Part shown: positions 13,468 through 27,615 of the stretch, one piece after another
Numbering within the stretch: the first letter of the stretch is position 1
Layout: each line of letters opens with the position of its first letter
Assembly: GCF_036321535.1 (NCBI RefSeq)
Contig: NC_087437.1
Span: forward strand, 86,802,001-86,866,000
Length of the DNA: 64,000 bases
Reading direction: 5' to 3'
Origin: Camelus dromedarius
Taxonomy: Eukaryota
Made by a program: the position numbers and the translations under genes
The notes under the pieces: model-generated
Told to the model about the DNA's origin: nothing
Database searches by the model: none
What the model saw: only the letters and a program-made list of their open reading frames with translations

Positions 13468-14269
13468 ATTCACAGTTTCCGAACCAGAATGAGGGGAAAA
13501 TGCCGATGAAGACAGTGAAAAATGGATATAACTTATATATACTCCATATATATAAATCCAGAGTGCAAAAACTGAGTTGACCAGAAAGAAAATTTGATAA
13601 TTATTGCCATCAACCATCAGAGTTTTCCTTCTCACTATCTTTTAAATTTATTTATTTTTTAGGGACTGTCTTTTAAAATTTATTCAAAATATACAAATTT
13701 TAGAGACCAAAATGGGAAGAATAAAGGAATGGTCAAGGTGTTATACATCCTATGATTCTTAACCACCAATGAAAAATAAATTCACAGGCCATTGAAGCAG
13801 ATAGCTAGAAGAAACACATATTTTCTATGGGAAGAGGTTGCCTGGAATGTTTGGGGGAAAAAAAGACCAAAAAAAAAAAAAAAAAGATTCTTTAGGTGGC
13901 TACCTAGAATGGCCAAAAAAGAGCAGAAGAATCTTAAGCCAGACATGCCTTAAATAAATGCCAAATTGCCCTCACAGAGGGAGCTAAGTGCTATACAAAA
14001 TGGTAACTTGATATATTGTGAAGGCCTGAAAGGGAATATATATAAAGAAAACAGTGAAAGAACTATAGATCTTCCCTACATTTATTTGTTTGTTTATTTA
14101 TTTATTTATTTATTTATACAAAAAGAAGGCATTAATAAATCTCTCCCCATAAAATGTTGAGAAAGAGGGAAAAAATACTTCAAAATATTGATCAGACATT
14201 ATGGAAAGGGCACATCACTTTGAAAGCTCACAGAAAAATACATTTCATACAATACATTTTTAAGTAATA

Positions 14270-14900
14270 AAATGTATTTTTTAGGGTAGTTTTAGGTTCA
14301 CAGCTAAACTGAGTGGAAAGTACAGAGCGTTCCCATATACCTCAAATCCTCACACATGCACAACATGTGGACGTACATTTTCAATTCCTTTGAGTAAATG
14401 CCAAGGAGTGCAACAGCTGGATAGTATGAAAAGAATATGCTTAGTCTGTAAGAAACCACCAAAGTGCTTTCCACAGTGGTTTAGCCAGTTTGCATTTCCA
14501 CCAGCAATGAATTAGACTTCCTGTTGCTTCATATCCTCTCCAGCATTTGGTGTTGTCAGTCTTCTGGATTTTGACCACTCTAATAGGTGTATAGTGTTAT
14601 TTCATTGTTTTAATTTGTGTTTCTTTCATGATAATATGTAGAGCAAATGTTTATATACTTATTTGCCATCTGTATATCTTTAGTGATGTGTCTGTTCAGA
14701 TCTTTGGCCCATTTTTTAAGTGAGTTGCTTGTTTTCCTATTGTTGACTTTTATGAGTTCTTCATTTATTTTGGTAGCAGTCCTTTGTAAGATGGGCTTTT
14801 TGGAAATAATTTTCCCCCAGTCTGTGGTTTGTTTCTTCATTCTCTTGACATTGTCTTTTGCAGAGCCAAAGTTTTAAATTTTAATGAAATCCTCTTAAAC
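14270..14900 (-). mobile_element. LINE-1 ORF2 C-terminal and 3'UTR fragment
   Basis: ORF 14610-14840 (KKQTTDWGKII...KKWAKDLNRHITKDIQMANKY) matches the L1 ORF2p C-terminal region. Confidence 0.9.
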
Positions 14901-17900
14901 AATATTTTTATGAGAAAATATTTTTAAAACTTATTGTCACCTAAATAGTGAAAAGTTAAAATATTGCAATAAAACAGGAGTATTTGACCATAAAGTGAAA
15001 AAAAAAAAACCAAATTAAAAAATAAATAAAGCAACTGAAATGAGCCAAATTACCACCAATACTCTCCTTCCAAGAGGAAAAAACAAAACCAGACTAGTCA
15101 TAGACTTTAGATTTTTTCTGTGGATCCTACAATTAGGGAAAAGAGATTTTGAAAAAGAAAAGATTTAGAAACACTACCTATTTTAATTCTACTCTTGGTT
15201 ATGGCTGAAAACTTCAATTTTATACAAATACAGAAGCATACACAAAAGATCAGTTCATTAAGTTAACTCGAGTTTTTCTTACTGTGGAAATTATATTTAT
15301 CATCTTTATTTAGTACTTTCATAATTAAGTATTTAGATATTTGTTTTTCACACAGAATAAACTGCTTGGAAAGTAAGAATCTGCTACATGAGCATTTTCA
15401 GAACTGTTTTGCATTTAAATTTTTGACTAAGAATAAAATGATTCACTTGCTTTTTGTACTATTCTGGAAAGTTCACTTTCTATTATAAATTGGAAGACAT
15501 CAAAAAAGTTTTGTCAACAAACTTCTGGATTGCATAAGTTTCTCCCCTTCCCCCAACTTCAACTTCACTTTGGCTTTTAAGACTACTTTAAAAAGAGGAG
15601 AGCAAACAGTTAGAAAATCAGGAAATCTCCAAACATTGGTTTTAATTTCTTATAGAAAATATGTAGTTAATTAAAGAATTTAATTCACTTTAATGAGAAC
15701 CTGATCTGTATCAGAACCAATCTCTTCATCTTTATTCTACTATGTCAAAAGTCCAAAATAGGCTATAAGCTAAAAATAGTTAAGTAGGCTGTCGGGGCAT
15801 TTGAACAATGTGCATTTTATTTGTAAGTTGGGTTAGCACAGGTAAACAAAAAAGGTTTGCACCTTAACATGGCAGCAACAGAGATAAAGTTTCGCACTAA
15901 TGTCAGTTGTGCCCTAGTTATTCACTAGAGAGTAACCCACAAAACAGCATCTGAATATTTTGAATGAAACTAAGAAGCAAGTTTAGCCATCACCATTGTA
16001 TATTTGCCCACTTTGTATGATTATATAGCAAGCGAAGGAAACATCATTCAAGTATATTGTGGAAGCCATGAAAGCTAGTACGTGCATTTCCCTATGAGGA
16101 AGCACAAACATTTTCCGTAAACATCGATCAGCCTAACATTTTACCAACTTCGCTGTGGTGCAACATGATTCATATTTCTTCTGCATATCCCATTAGGATG
16201 AGACTATAAGGCCAGTTTTCCTTTTAATAGTAATTTTTTTCTCTCAAATTTATTCATATTGTCTTTGGATATTTATGGATGAAGGAAAAATCATATACAT
16301 TCATCCCAATTTTCTCTCTTGTTATATGTCTGCTTTGTAATATAATCTTTTATTTTGGGGGTAAATTATATGATAGGCAGCCAATTAGATTTTCACAATA
16401 AGAACTAAAGGAAAGTGGTAAGTATGTCCAAGTAACCTAGATGTTCATGGCATAGAATGGTGTAAGTAGGATCCATATTTGCTTTCTAAGCCAGGAAGTT
16501 CAGCTTTATGCTGGATGAAGATAATTATTCATACCCCTAAAGTCCTGTGCTATGATGTTAGAGAAATGGAACCAGTGTCTCCTTGATTAAGCTTCCAGAA
16601 AAGAGAAATCTGGGGAAAGAGTTTTAGCGCCAGTATGTAAGTGTAATTCTCTGTTAATACGTGTTTTTTGACTCAGGTGAAAATTAACCCCTCAAACTGC
16701 AGAGCAAACATAGAAGAGAATTAAAGACAGGTTCCTTCTTATTCTTTAGTGGGTTTCTCTGTGTAAAAAGGGAAAAAAATAGACCTTGTCATTCAATAGA
16801 ATAGTAATTCTCATAATATATTATCCTTTTCATTATCACCATTCCTCTGAGGCTGAATCTACATAGCTTCATTATCTAAAAAGATTTTAATTATTTTATG
16901 TGTCCACAGTAGAATTATTATTTCCCATACTGAAATATATTTGGAGGCCATAGCTACCCAGAAAATGTGCAGTAGTTCTAGCACAGAAACAGAAGTACAA
17001 TATAAGATAATCTCAGATTGTTAGAATCAGTTATAATATATACATTTTATTATCATGTGTGATTGCATTTGATATCTTAAGTTTTAATTATTGGAGAGTA
17101 CAGAGCTTGCAATTTGTGAGATGTGAGAGATGATAGTGTCTTAATTCTTCCCCTACTTTTACAGTTGAAATAACTGTGACCAATTTTATTGTAATAGTTG
17201 ATGAGAGAAGGGAGCCATGGAGACATAAAGAGAGATGTTCCCTCACTGCCACCTCTTCCATCCTAACCACATAACCATTTGTTTGCCCAAGCCATCCAGA
17301 CAAGAAAAGCTCTATGTCACAAGGACAGGTTTGTGGTATCATCACCCTATCAAGACATGTCTTTGTCTTCTTTTCCAAATAGATGACCAAGACCTGGGAT
17401 TTTCCTACATAGAAATTCTGGAGCTACAACTGGGAGGGAGTCTAAGACTTTATAATTATACTCATTTTAGAAATGGTCAGTATATACTTTGGAAGTAAAT
17501 TTTCCTTTGGAAACCAACATTGTATGTTACAGTATGAAATTAAAATAGTTTTATTTAAAAATAACTAAATTTTCAAGTTTTAATCATGTCCCCTATACTT
17601 TTATAATATTATTCTTTTTCTTTGTGATGTCAACATAATTTTTCGTGACTTTCTGAATGTAGCAAATAGCCACCTGTGGCAAATATATTTGGAATTTTAT
17701 CGCAAGCTTTTTCTTAGGAAAAAATTGATTCAAGGTGAAAAGAAAGAAGGTAAGTATACTACATTCCATTAACTTAAATTACATGTTACTTCAGCCCAGT
17801 GCCCATGTTTTATAAAGAAAACTCTTAGATATTGCACAATGAACCCATAATAACTTGAAAAATTGTTTTAGAATTAGGTATAGGTAGGGGTCAAATAAGC

Positions 17901-18539
17901 TAATTCCCTTATGATCCTCATAAATTAAGTCAGATCATTACATATATATAATCTTTTCCTTTTTCTATTAACTTATTCTCAATTTAAATTTTAAAGAATC
18001 CTCAAACATTTTGTACTTATTACTATGTTTTCATAGCAGAAATTTACATGATTTTTTAATTTAAAATTATCTCTTATATTGATTTATAAAAGGTTTACTT
18101 AGAAAGTAACTTGATAACAGAACTTGTCAAAAATTTTTATCTGCCTGAATCCCCAAAAAATCCAGGAACTCTTGAGATCTTCCAACTGAACTAGAAATAG
18201 CTTGTCAAGTAAAGTTTTATCACACCTTTTTTTTGTGAATATAAACATGATTGATATTTAAGCTGAAAAGGATGATGACTTTTTACTTTAGAAAGGACTA
18301 GGTCTTTTCATTACGGTCTGAGAGACAGTGAGAAAGTGCTCCTTGCTGTTTTCAAAAAAAAAAGAAAGAAAGAAAGAAAGAAAATATTTTATGATAACTC
18401 TTGCACAATGACCATTGAAAGATGCTTATCAATACATGCCAGAAAACTTTGGCTACAGAACTTGACCAGGGAGAAGTCCTACCTAAGACTCCCAACTTCA
18501 TAAATTTATTCATGATGATGATAACAATATCAGTAATAA

Positions 18540-18780
18540 TATCAGTAGCAGTCATTAGTTTCTCATATGTGCTCAGTACTATATTAAGTGCTTAATGTGC
18601 ATTGTCTTAACAAATACTCAGGGTATCCCTATAATGTAGGTGCTGCTCACATTTCTGCTCCAGCGAGGGGATACTAGACCTTAGAGGGTAAGCTTGTATC
18701 CTGACCACCCTGACAGACCGTATCATTGCCAGGACTTGAATCCAAATGGCTCTGCATCAGCATGTGCTCTCGACCACTAT
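18540..18780 (-). mobile_element. MIR SINE fragment
   Basis: 'atgtgctcagtactatattaagtgcttaatgtgcattgtctta...ccctataatgtaggtgctg...gccaggacttgaatccaa'. Confidence 0.7.
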
Positions 18781-19359
18781 CTTCCTTTCCTCTTCTGCAG
18801 AGATAACTTCATATTTCCAGAAGCAGAGGTTGGCCAAGCCTAAACACATTTTTGTTAAATTAATGTTCTAATGTTCATCTTTATCTCTAATAATGTTCTT
18901 TCCCACAGAAATTTTATGAGTAACTGTAATTTGGCTGTGTTGAAGATGACATTTTGTTTCCGGGATTTTAGACATCATCACCCTCTGGGGTCTCTCTGTT
19001 CTCCATGCACATCAGCTGTTGTATTTTTAGTAAATATTGAAAGAATCTTGTGACTATTGTGGAATGTTGATCTCAGCCCAAGGACATAAAAATGTAAACC
19101 ACAACTTTGAATTTTATAGAGCCCTATGAGAATGAACTTGAACTTATCCACAATTAGGGTTTGGGCATATTCAAACTCTTGATGGACTGAGAATTCTTAC
19201 GTGGAGTCAGAAAGACAGAAGAGAAAATCAGGGTCTTGAAACAAACAAACAAACCAAAACCAAACACATGAATTGAATTTGCTAGAGTGAGTGAAACTGA
19301 TTAGCAGGGTTCAGAGTTGAAGGAGTCCATCGGACCAGTTGAAATATGTCTGTGCTTCA

Positions 19360-19518
19360 CCTTCCCTCAGAATTATCTGAGGGGTCTTTTAAGAATATAG
19401 ATTGTTGGGTTTTGCTGTTCCTCTAATTCAGTAAACATGAAGTGAACCAGAAAATCTGTATCTTTTAAACATTTCACTAAGTAATTCTGGCCCACAGCCA
19501 AAGTTAAGAACCACTGGC
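19360..19518. mobile_element. MER5-like hAT DNA transposon remnant
   Basis: 'tcagaattatctgaggggtcttttaagaatatagatt...aaatctgtatcttttaaac...aaagttaagaaccactg'. Confidence 0.7.
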
Positions 19519-19789
19519 ATAAATGAAAGAACCAACTCATAAAAAGGGCAAAAGCTCTGCTGTATTAAATCCTTTTGAAAGAGCTTGTCCCACGAGGCAA
19601 AAGAAGTCTTCTGTTGACCTCAGTAGAGAAAGAGCACCTAGGTGAACTGTCCAGAAGAGGTGTACAGCTACAGAGGGGCAGCTGGCGGGAAGCACGGAGC
19701 GGGGGCTCAGCTGCTTGAGGAGCAGTGGAGGCACAAGACCAACAGTATCAATGGCTCAGAAAAACAGTGCAGGCTGTGATCCAAGAAAG

Positions 19790-19905
19790 CTGCCTCCAGG
19801 AGGTCAGGGACCTTCATAATCTTGTTTATTAATTATGTCCAGTATCTAGAATCATATCCTGCTCATAGTAGATGCTCAGTCAATTATTGTTAAATAAACG
19901 AATAA
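19790..19905 (+). mobile_element. L2 3' end
   Basis: 'ctccaggaggtcagggacc...ccagtatctagaatcatatcctgctcatagtagatgctcagtcaattattgttaaataaa'. Confidence 0.7.
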
Positions 19906-22899
19906 AATGACACTAGGGCTAAGGATTTAGAATGTTGCAAGCATCACAAAATATCAAATGGTAACCAAACAACCCTCACCTACCTACAAATACATGCCTC
20001 TCCAGATAGCTAGATAATTGATAGAGATACTAGAAAAAGACTGACTTGTTTTTCCTTTGGTGAATCATGCAAGTGAAAGCTTAGGGCTTTGAGATTTATC
20101 ACACAATGCATTTTAAAAATAATACATTTGTATTCACAGATGTGGCAAGGGGACAGTTAGACTTCAAATGGAACTTTTTGATATGTATTTCTTTCTTTAT
20201 TTGCGATTTTGTCTAAACCACCTGGCAGATGGGAACTCTAGACAATTGTAGTTAATGGCTGGACCTGTCTTCACCTAGTTGGTTAATTCAGTTTAAACCT
20301 GAGATTATTAAAATTCATATGTATTTGAAATATGGTCTCAATTGACTGGTTCCTTGGAGAAATATATATTTGCCAGTGTAATCATAGATGGCCAAATTCC
20401 TGGTAGGCACTTAATATTACCTGCTACAACAGGGATGAAGCAGCTGTTCCATCTCCATTTATCTTGAGGACCCAAAACTAAAGGGAAATAAAATATAAGA
20501 AGTTCAAATTTAAGTTATACTTGTATATCGAAGGAATAAATATATTCTACTATCCAAGGCAAAATATCAAGTACATTCTCACTTCTACTGTAAAGAAAAT
20601 TGCATCATTTCATTCATTTAAAACTTAGTAAGATCTGGTTATTTTTCTTCCACTAGTTTATAAGTGAAGATTCTTAGTGGAAGTTTGCAAATTCTTGATT
20701 TGGATTTAGAGTTGCCTACCATTCTTCAATATATGCTTTAATTTGTCAGAGGCATTAAAAGGTTTCTCTTATTACCAGTGTCTATAGAACTTAATAAATT
20801 ATTTATTAATTAATGCAAAGACATAAACCTCAAAATAGTTTTTCTTCACTTGCAGTCTGTATAATTAGATGTGACTGCTTTTACCAATACCTTGCTGTAA
20901 TTAGCACCAGGCAGTACGTTGTCTAAAAAGTGATTCTAGAACAGTATTTAAAATTAAAAATAAAACACAGCAGATGATAAGTTCAGAATTGGGATTGACA
21001 GCTTTTCTGATCTGAGTAAAAAATAAATCTTTTGCTTTAAACGCAAAAGCAAATATCACATTACAGAGTTCAATTCCTTCTGTTTTAAAAATATCTGTGT
21101 ATATCACATCACTATCTCTTCTTTCCACCTCTCAGATCATGGTATTTTTATTTAGTGAAACTCAGTTATGTCAGACAGAAACTCCATGAGGCTAGTCAAA
21201 GCATAAAATCATTGTCAAACTCTTAAACATACCTGGAAGAAAATTTTCCATTTGGCTTAAAGTGAATATAATTATTTTAATAACAATATCTTTGTCCAAA
21301 ACATGATGATCTCTTTTTGATTTGGATGATGTTTCTCATTAGTTTTAATATCTAGAAGTCACCATTATATTTAAAATTCTTTGAGTTTAACATTTACCTT
21401 ACAAAGCCAACATGTTAGAAAACAATTAACAAGAATTGACATGAAAATAGTTCTAAATATAAAACCATGCTTTCAAAATGTTATAAGCATCAGTAGAAAA
21501 GGAATGGTTTTTAAAAAATAAATCATGAGAAATTAATTGTATTACTATATGGAAAAAATGAAATTAGATTTCTCCATCAAACTAGTCATAAAACTACAAA
21601 AATAAATTCCAGATTGATTAGAGCCTTCAATGTAAAAACCAACAATATTAGAATGCAGTTTTTAATATATTTATGGATATTTTTAAATGCTGCTAAAATA
21701 CCGTTTTCTAGCAAGTCCATAAGCTTCTCAGTGTGGTATGATTTGATTAATCCTGATTGATTCAGATTAAATTTAATATAATCTTTAACAACATTGCGGT
21801 TTTAAAAATCCAATTTAGAGAGAGACCCATAAAGTCAGGGAGGCTGTTGAGTGCTGAGTAAGATGTGGTCTGCTTTTAAATTATCTTTTATTAACAAAGG
21901 AGTGCATTATCAGCTATGAACAAGGAAAATAAGGCAAGAAAGACACATCTTGAACTGATTTGTTCCTTATTGTCATGTTCAGAATTTATCCCAAGTAACC
22001 GTTGCCCAGCAAATCAAAAGGATATTCTTTCAGGTTATTTGGAGAGTACCTGTTTTATAGTTATATAAAATATTACAATGGTATAACCTCAACTGATGAG
22101 TGGTGAAAGTGGAAATCAAGACTTGGCAATCTAGAAACAAAACGTTCAAAGGCTAGATGCTGAGAGTGAGGCCAGTGTGGACATGGGTCCCATGTGGTTT
22201 GATTTGACAGCTACTACACAGCTCTCCTTGCTCAACATGGATTCCCCATTGACATGTCTGTCAGTTGAGAAAAAAAAAAATGTTACAGGTATGAAAGTTG
22301 GAGTTCTGGGAGAGCAGGCATAAAAATATAGAGACAAATGGCACGAATGGCTGAGAGTTCTGGGTTAAAACAGGTGCTGAATCCATTCTTTGGATTATTT
22401 CACATTTACTTTACACTTTATCTAAGGTCAACCAGGCAAAGAAGAAAAACAGAATTAAAATACCAAAAAGAAAATAAATACATAACATTGATTATTAAGG
22501 TGATGTACAGAGAATTCTGGGGAACTTCTAAATTTCCTGTGGGAAGATCCTTTCACTTCAGGCCCAAACAAAATGAGTTTTCCTCTCTAGACAGCAGGAA
22601 GCAAGTGAGACTAGGACTTTTCTCCTCCAAGAGCTGGGCAGCCTGAATGGAAGTCCCAGGGAGGTCCAGGGATCTCTGTAGAGACCTAGGGATGCTTGGA
22701 GGCAAAGTCAAGATTTGTTCCTTGTTAACGTGCTGGGTCCCTTTGTCTCCCAGTGGATGAGTAGGAACTGAAGGCATAAAGCAAATCCTCCCTCATCCTG
22801 AACCTGTAGAGATCCAACCAATGAGCTTCCTCCAGGCCCCTTATCAGTGGTGCAGCAACCTGCCTGTTTCTACATCACCACCCACATCCACCACTTCTA

Positions 22900-23770
22900 A
22901 CATGGCAAACACTTGTTGGAGTACCCACAACTAGCTATAGTGACATGACAAGGAAAATTGACATCTCGTCTGAAGGGGCCAGCAGCCAAAGAGAAAGCTC
23001 AGTTAGAACAGACACACACATGTTCAGCCAAATAGAGGTGGAGGAGGAGACAAAAGTATGAATGAGAAAAGTATAAATGAGTTCTTAAGGAAATTGAGGT
23101 GAAGCCCCCAAAAAGACTTCTGGAGCTCAAAACAAAACAAAACAAAAAAAATTACCCTCCTAACAACAACAAACCAGTAGTTCTATTAAAGGAAAGGACA
23201 GTAAATATTCAAACCCAAAGTAGTGGTTGGAAGATGAAATGCAAGAAATCAGAACAAAGAGCAAAAGTACAAGATCATGAGGGAAAAGGTCAGAGATTGG
23301 GAAATATGGTCATGTGGAATTGCATGGAAAACAGACATTTTATAAAATGAAATATAAATTGATGATGGAAAGACAAGAATTTAGCAATTGGAAGAATTTT
23401 TTTTCCTGAAGAACGAAAGACTTCCCATAGAAAAAGATCCCTGAATTAAAGATAACCCTGATGAGATGTGGTGCACAAATCTTTGCATTTCCTGGTAAAA
23501 CCTCTGAACTCTAACAATCAAGAAAAAAGCTTCATGGACAATTAAAGGCAGAAAGAACAAGGTTCCTACAAAGGAAGGGAATTACGTTATCATAAACTTA
23601 TCCGTAACCCTAATGTTGAAGAAACTGGAATAGCACCTACACGAGGCTGAGCTGAAAGGACAGCAATGTAAAAGCACTACACTCAGTTAAATTATCTTTT
23701 GGCAAATTTATTTAATGACAATCAGAAATTTAGGGACTTATTATCCAGACCATCTTCTGAGGAAAAGAGT
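22900..23770 (+). mobile_element. HAL1/L1ME ORF1-like remnant
   Basis: Colinear degenerate ORF1 motifs: 'ttctggagctcaaaa', 'ggttggaagatgaaatgcaagaaatc', 'cctggtaaaacctctgaactcta', 'acaaggttcctacaaagga', 'cagttaaattatc'. Confidence 0.55.
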
Positions 23771-25570
23771 CAAGAAAAACCTGTGTCATTTGGGGTTTTT
23801 CTTACCAATACAGAATGTATCCTGGATTCATAAGCAGGAAGAGAATTTATTAAAAGGCATTAGCTGGGTCACAGAGTTTCCAGGAAGCCCAGATTGTCAG
23901 GATTAAATACTCTGTGCTATGTCTAAGATTACCCTAGATAAAAGGTAACAGAAAAAGCCCCATTCACTATCCCGTAAATTGTGTACAGAAATGAAGGGAA
24001 GGATCTGTTGAAAAACTTAAGAGCCGATAAGAAAGGTTACCCCGAGGAGAAAAGAGAGAGTGGGGATAAAACGTGAAAGTCAATGGACATATTTTGCTCT
24101 GTAAACTTAGATACTGTTAGAATATTTTGTAATCAAAAAAAGTTTGCATACTGTATTACAACAATGCAGAATATAGAAGAATTTTCTATTCATGATCTCA
24201 ATATGAGAATGTGAGAGATAAAAATGCAATGTTAGACACTTATTTTGCTTTTTGGGAGATTAATAGCTTTTACTTCAATTAAAAAGTGGACATTCTAAGC
24301 AAGGCATTCAACTTGGCCTGATAAAGCAAGAGGCTGCCAGGTAGATTTGATCAGTGTGAATTAAAATACTGTGTGTATTTGAGGGATAGGAAATTAAATG
24401 TGATGTGGGCCTAACTTGGCTTTTTTTTTTTAAACTCAGGCAGAGTGTAATATAAGACTGACATTGTCTTAATGGAAAATACATCCACTAGTATGCCAAG
24501 GTCATCACAACTTAATTGCCTCAGATTTCAATCAGTGATTTATCAAATATGAATAGCCTTTGGGGAGAAATGTATAAAAACCTGAGCTCTGTGTGTAAAC
24601 TATATCTTGTGATTTGTATAGCAAAATATATCACCGGTGTCCTTGTAAAATACATGTGTACCCATGAGGGCAAGAACTGCTCATTTTGCAGAACTGATGG
24701 AGCTAATAAATAAAATGTAGTGGAAATATGAGTGCATTATATTTTAAGAATGAATTCAGTGATATGTCAGTTTTTAGGTTTGCTAATCTTACAATTAAAA
24801 TGTCCTTAAACGTGTAATGGGATTTCTCAGAAAAATTTTAAAAGCCTTTAAAGTTCTGTAAGATGGAACTGTTAGCTCTCTTTATTGGTGAATAGAGCAT
24901 ATCACCTTAGAAGAGAACTTGTTTGTTCAAGGAAGAGTCACAGGAATGGCCCCTACGTATTTACATTTGTAAATATAAGCCAAAGAAGCAGCCGTCCTGG
25001 CTAGAGAATTGTGAAGCAAGACATCTGTGGCCTTGAATGTCTCCCAAAGCTACTTGGAATGCAGAGCTGATCAGTAGTTAGAAGGTGGATTTATTTGAAT
25101 TGGAACAAATAAACCTTTGAAAAGGAAAGAGATTGAGACCATAACCATTTTCTTTTGAAATTTAATATTATTAAAACTTGTCTGGTGGAATGTCATTGAC
25201 CCAACTGATATTGACTGGAAAGAAATTTTTCAAAGACATCCAAAAAACTTACCATGAAGAAGACGACGTCATCCTTGCTAATCTAGGCTCACCATCAAGG
25301 CTGGATGTTTTTAATGGAAGGTCTGGTTCAGAAAATATATGGCGTCAGCTTGCAGCAGTGTTTCCTAGAGTCCATCACACGGGTATGGGAGTATGAACTA
25401 GGCATTTGAGGGTGAATAGGATGAGCTATAACATTGAAATCCTGAACCACAATTGGTATTGGGATCTGGTTCACCATAGAACCCTTGCTATGAACAGATA
25501 TTTATTGGAGTATGTGGGAATAGTGTCTGATAGCAATATCCTGTGTTAAGACCAAAAGCCAAAGTACCAG

Positions 25571-25966
25571 TGTCTACTCAGCTTGGGCTGCCATAACAAA
25601 ATATCATCGATGGGTTGACTTCAACAATAAACACTGATTTGCTCACAGTTCTGGTGTCTGGAAGTCTAAGAACAGGGTGCCTGCATGATTGGGTTCAGGT
25701 GAGAGCTCTCTTCCTGACTTGCAGATAGCCACCTGCTTATAGATGGCCACCTTCTGGTTGTGTCCTCACATGACAGAGAGAGAGACACCACCAGCTCTCT
25801 GGTGTCCCTTCTGACAAGGGCACTAATTCCATCATGAGAGGCCCCCCCTTCGTGACCTCATCTAAACCTACTTATCCCCCAAAGGCCCCATCTTCAAATA
25901 CCATCATATTAGAGGTTAGTGCTTCAACATACGGATTTTGAAAGGGACACATTTCTGTCCATAGTA
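25571..25966 (-). mobile_element. MLT1A-like MaLR solo LTR
   Basis: 'tgtctactcagcttgggctgccataacaaaata...ctcacagttctggtgtctggaagtc...gcttcaacatacggattttg...tctgtccatagta'; perfect 5-bp TSD accag (25566-25570 and 25967-25971). Confidence 0.9.
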
Positions 25967-27429
25967 ACCAGGAATTTAGCAGAGTTAGTTTCTCCATTTG
26001 AACTTGACAATAAGAATGGCTCCCTGCACTGCATGAACTCCTAGGTTTTAAGTAATAATGAAGTACCTGAGAGATTTTGATCTGACTAATCAGAAATGCA
26101 AGTTCTTCCAAAATTGATTGGAGTTAAAAGAATTGTGAACAACCCTTAGACGCTTCTAGAATGGCTACATGGGGAATTTCGTGGACTCATTCCCCAACAA
26201 AACAGTGGTGATACTTGCCTAGCTCTATGAACATGCTAAGAACCATTGAATTGTGTATTTTAAATGGGTGAATTTTATGACATGTGAATTACATCTCAAA
26301 AAAGCAGTTATATGTTGAAAACAACAAAGAAAAAATTGACTTTATATATTAGAAAAGCAAATGAAGAGGCTTTTAGACATGTGATCTTTTTCCAATGACA
26401 TTTTTCTTCTCATACTTCACCCTTTCCATGGTAAATGAAAATAATCTCTTTTTCTATGTGTTTTTTCCATATTACCAAATTCTCTTGCATTGGGTTGGGT
26501 TTGTGTTTTAATTTCTGACAAATGGCTGTTGACAAAATTTGTGTTGTCACTTCTGGGCCAAAGCTTTTATGGGACTATGTAAGTCTTCCATCTCTCTCTG
26601 TCTTTAATGTGGGAGCCACATAGATACTGAAGTCACTGCCCAGAAGAGGTTTCCCTCTCTCCCATCAGTTTTCATCTGAGAAGAATGAATCTTCTATTGT
26701 GTTAAACCACTCTACTATAGCCAGTGCTACACTGATGATAAGTCCAAGGAAATATTTTTTTTTTTAATTTAGATGTCATTTATTGGGGATGTAGTTTAAG
26801 CATGTTGAGTAATTATATATTTCAAATTTAATAAAAAGTATTTTTAAAGTAAATAATATGCAACATTGTTTGTTGATTTAAATTCTGATACTGGAGGTAA
26901 AGTAGTGAGTGCCCCTATGGGTAATAGGTGGCATGCTTATACTGGAAAATTTGAAGAGTATAATAAAAGGGATGGTTATGATGTAGGAAAACCACAATGT
27001 ATGGTAGCCTGGGTTAGTGAAAGGCTATTCACTTCTACTAATGGAGGCACAAGAAGATGAGATATTTATAGACTAGAGTGAGAGTGGGAGAGTGTTGCCC
27101 AAATGGAACTGTTAAAATTAATCAAGAGATGAAGCCAGGCCACAGCAACATGATATAGAAGGAACTGGAGTAATAGGCACACTGATAGCCCTCTCTGCCC
27201 TTCATCAAGTCCTCCGCCAGTGCCATCTATTGACAGAATCCAAGTAAAAGTCCAAGGTCAAGGGACTTTTTGCAATGGTATATGTGGGTCATTCTCTCTG
27301 GTTGCAGAGCTGGGTGCAGAAGAGTTAGCATGGATCTGAAAAGCATCTGAAAATACAACATCCTATGAAGCTTTTGTGACTGAAATTTCACATGATTACA
27401 GGCATTATATGGCGCCGAGAAGGAAGCAT

Positions 27430-27615
27430 TGACTATTGTGATTCTCAAGTGTTAGCTTGAATAAGAATCATCTAGAAAACTAAAAACATAGATTACTGGG
27501 TCCCCTTCCAGAGTTTCTGGCCAGTAGGTCTGGTGCGGAGCTTGAGAATGTGCATTTCTAACAAGTTCTCAGATGTCACCAATGCTACAAAGGAACAAAA
27601 TTTGAGAACAACTAA
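27430..27615. mobile_element. MER5A-like DNA transposon remnant
   Basis: 'tgattctcaagtgttagcttgaataagaatcatct...gagaatgtgcatttctaacaagttctcagatg...tttgagaacaact'. Confidence 0.8.
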
